This document shows positions 62,095-64,000 of a stretch of DNA of 64,000 nt, piece after piece. The notes beneath the pieces were generated by a model, which worked only from the letters and a program-made list of their open reading frames with translations, had not been told where the DNA came from and did no database searches. Made by a program: the position numbers and the translations under genes. The DNA is from Lama guanicoe (Eukaryota). The number at the start of each line of letters is the position of its first letter. Position 1 is the first letter of the stretch. The stretch is from positions 9,658,898-9,722,897 of the forward strand of contig MU054212.1 in NCBI GenBank assembly GCA_013239625.1, written 5' to 3'.

Positions 62095-62655
62095 CACTCA
62101 GGCTGCCCACTCTCCTACTCCGGAAGCTTCAGTGGCTCCCAAGTACCCGAAGAAAAGAAACCAAGTTCCTCAGTGGGACATTCAAGGCCTCCCACATCGG
62201 AGTCCCAAGTGTCGTCTCATTTGAGACCTCCAGCCTCTTTCTGAGCGCCCTGAACTCCAGCAGTACAGTCTCCCTCACGGCCCCCCTCCCTCCCTCCTCC
62301 CCTGTCACCTCCTTGGAATGCGTCTCCAGCCCCTCTCCGTCCACCCCAATCCTGCCCGTCCTTCCGAGGACAGCAAGGACCCCTAGGACTCAGTGCAGCG
62401 AGGCTCATGGAAGGCACTCAGTAGACACGGCCCTGCAGTGCTCCCTGGCGGCTCAGAGCCCTACACTTCAGTCCGAAGTCTCAATCCATTGTCCTCTAAT
62501 TGCTTGGCATGTACACCATTTCTGCTCCGCAGGAGGGAAAGCCCCAGGGGCAGTGGGGTCCGAGACCTCTCTCCTCGCATCCACCTGCTAAGCAGTACCA
62601 ACACGGGGCCGTGCTCCTGGTGGGTGCTCAGGAAACACTTACCAACTGAATTAAA
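62095..62655 (+). mobile_element. L2 fragments
   Basis: CTTCAGTGGCTCCCA...CCAAGTTCCTCAG...CATTCAAGGCCTCCCAC...CTTGGAATGC, with a 3' end GTGGGTGCTCAGGAAACACTT...TGAATT. Confidence 0.7.
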
Positions 62656-63314
62656 AGCCTTCTCTCAGGCTCTGAGCGGGCCCAGCTGTCGGATGCCAGC
62701 TGTCAGAGCTGCTGGGAGAGGCCGAATGCATATTCATTTCAGATCCCTGGGTCGCCCTGCCTCGAAGGGCCTCCTGGACCATCCTAAACCACGTGGGTGC
62801 CAGGGTGTGACTCTGCTTCTGCGCTCACTGGTGAGGGTTTTAAATCTCCTGGGTCCTTTCACCTGGTTCTCAGGGGTGCTGCCCTTTTTTGGGGTGGGGG
62901 TTGGTGAATGGGGTACAAAGAGGGAAGTGTGTAAATCTCACGTGAGGATTGTGCAAACTGCCAGCACAAACTTAGCTAACACGTCTCAGGGGGCAGAGCA
63001 GGGAGGGGTGATCTTGAACCCCACCCTGTTTAAGCACAGCCAGGCTTGGCAGGGACAGGACCAGAGGTCTCGGGGGGATGTCCCCGACCCTCCCACACTT
63101 GTCAGCCCCCGACCTGGCCAGCCCTGTGTTAGCTACGCGGCTGGGAGGCTTTGCTGCTGTGCGCCCCGGGCCAGTCGCCCTCCAGCCCGGGGCAGACAGG
63201 GGCGAGGACGGGGCAGATAGAAGCGGCCAGGCCAGGAGACTCGCTCCTCCCCAGGGTAAGGGTGGGAGAAACGGCCGCAGCAAAGGCAGCAGCAGTGGTG
63301 GAAAGACACATGGC

Positions 63315-63495
63315 CACAGTGTGTTCGGCACTCTGCTAGCATCACTTCATGCATCAGTTCTTGGAGGAAGGCACTATTGACATCCTGGGGTCTAAAGGAG
63401 TAAACTGAGGCACAGAGAAGTGAAGAGATTTGCCTAAGGTCCCACAGCTCAGAGTGGTGAAGCTGGGTTGGCTGAATCTGGGGCCTGAGCCTGCC
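63315..63495 (-). mobile_element. MIR
   Basis: GGCACTCTGCTA...AAACTGAGGCACAGAGAAGTGAAGAGATTTGCCTAAGGTCCCACAGCT matches reverse MIR. Confidence 0.85.
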
Positions 63496-64000
63496 CAGTG
63501 ATGTGGTGGGTTTGGCCTGTAAGTTCTGAGGGTCTTCAGAGAAGGAAGAGACTGGGATGGCTGGAGTGGTCACTTCTCCTCGGATAGAATGTGGGTTAGC
63601 AGGTTTAGCTGGGGGTTGAGGACTGGGTCGGCACTGGTGGGTCAATTTATGACGGAGATGCAACTAAAATACAGAGAAAAGTCATAGAATCTTGGCTTGC
63701 CTCCAAGAAATGATTTATCCAGTGCAGAAATTACCTGCACCACACTCCCTTCCCAGCCCCTGGCCACCCCTCTGCCCCATGCGACTCAAACTTGGCTTGA
63801 ACACATCCGTGGCTAGAGGCTCGCTACCCTCAGGACAGCCCGTGCCCTGGGGGTGGGGAGGGCTGGGTGCTGTAGGCAGAGCCGCGAGGGAGGGTCTGAG
63901 GAGCAGAGGGACACACAGGCCCGCCCGGGGCTGTCTCTGACCCTTCCCTCCTGACTCTCAATGCAGCCCAGACAAAGTTAATACAGAGGACAAATTCTCA

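Noticed and set aside
62393..63220. Longest ORF (275 aa), and other ORFs over 200 aa at 6469, 8054, 15897, 16843, 19799 and 32450
   Set aside because: Pro/Gly/Ser/Arg/Cys/Trp-rich composition typical of random GC-rich frames, no recognisable domain, often non-ATG starts. Several run through L2, MIR or LTR sequence.

Overview
Mammalian (eutherian) non-coding genomic DNA, GC-rich by eye and CpG-depleted. It is most likely from a camelid, because the only lineage-specific repeat I recognise is a tRNA-Ala-derived vic-1-type SINE at ~339-504; I saw no Alu, Bov-A/BovB, PRE-1 or CAN-SINE. I found no convincing protein-coding exon, RNA gene or CRISPR array. The supplied ORFs look like chance reading frames of GC-rich DNA. 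The window reads as a large intron or gene desert containing many old MIR and L2 fragments, one intact MLT1A-type solo LTR with a 5-bp TSD, MER5A and MER45A DNA-transposon relics, and microsatellites. About 20 short, repeat-free, AT-rich islands dense in TAAT resemble conserved developmental or neuronal enhancers. The most unusual unexplained structure is a ~550-bp degenerate array with a 19-bp period (core YTTGCAGARC, variable spacers) at ~51.63-52.18 kb. Other points of interest are a motif shared across the islands (AATTCATG), an OTX/CRX-type TAATCC cluster, an RFX/E-box/GATA module, helically paired GTGAC motifs, and a G4 tract next to a recent 59-bp duplication. I cannot name the host gene, and nothing here establishes a new biological system from sequence alone. 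Repeat boundaries are by eye and approximate.
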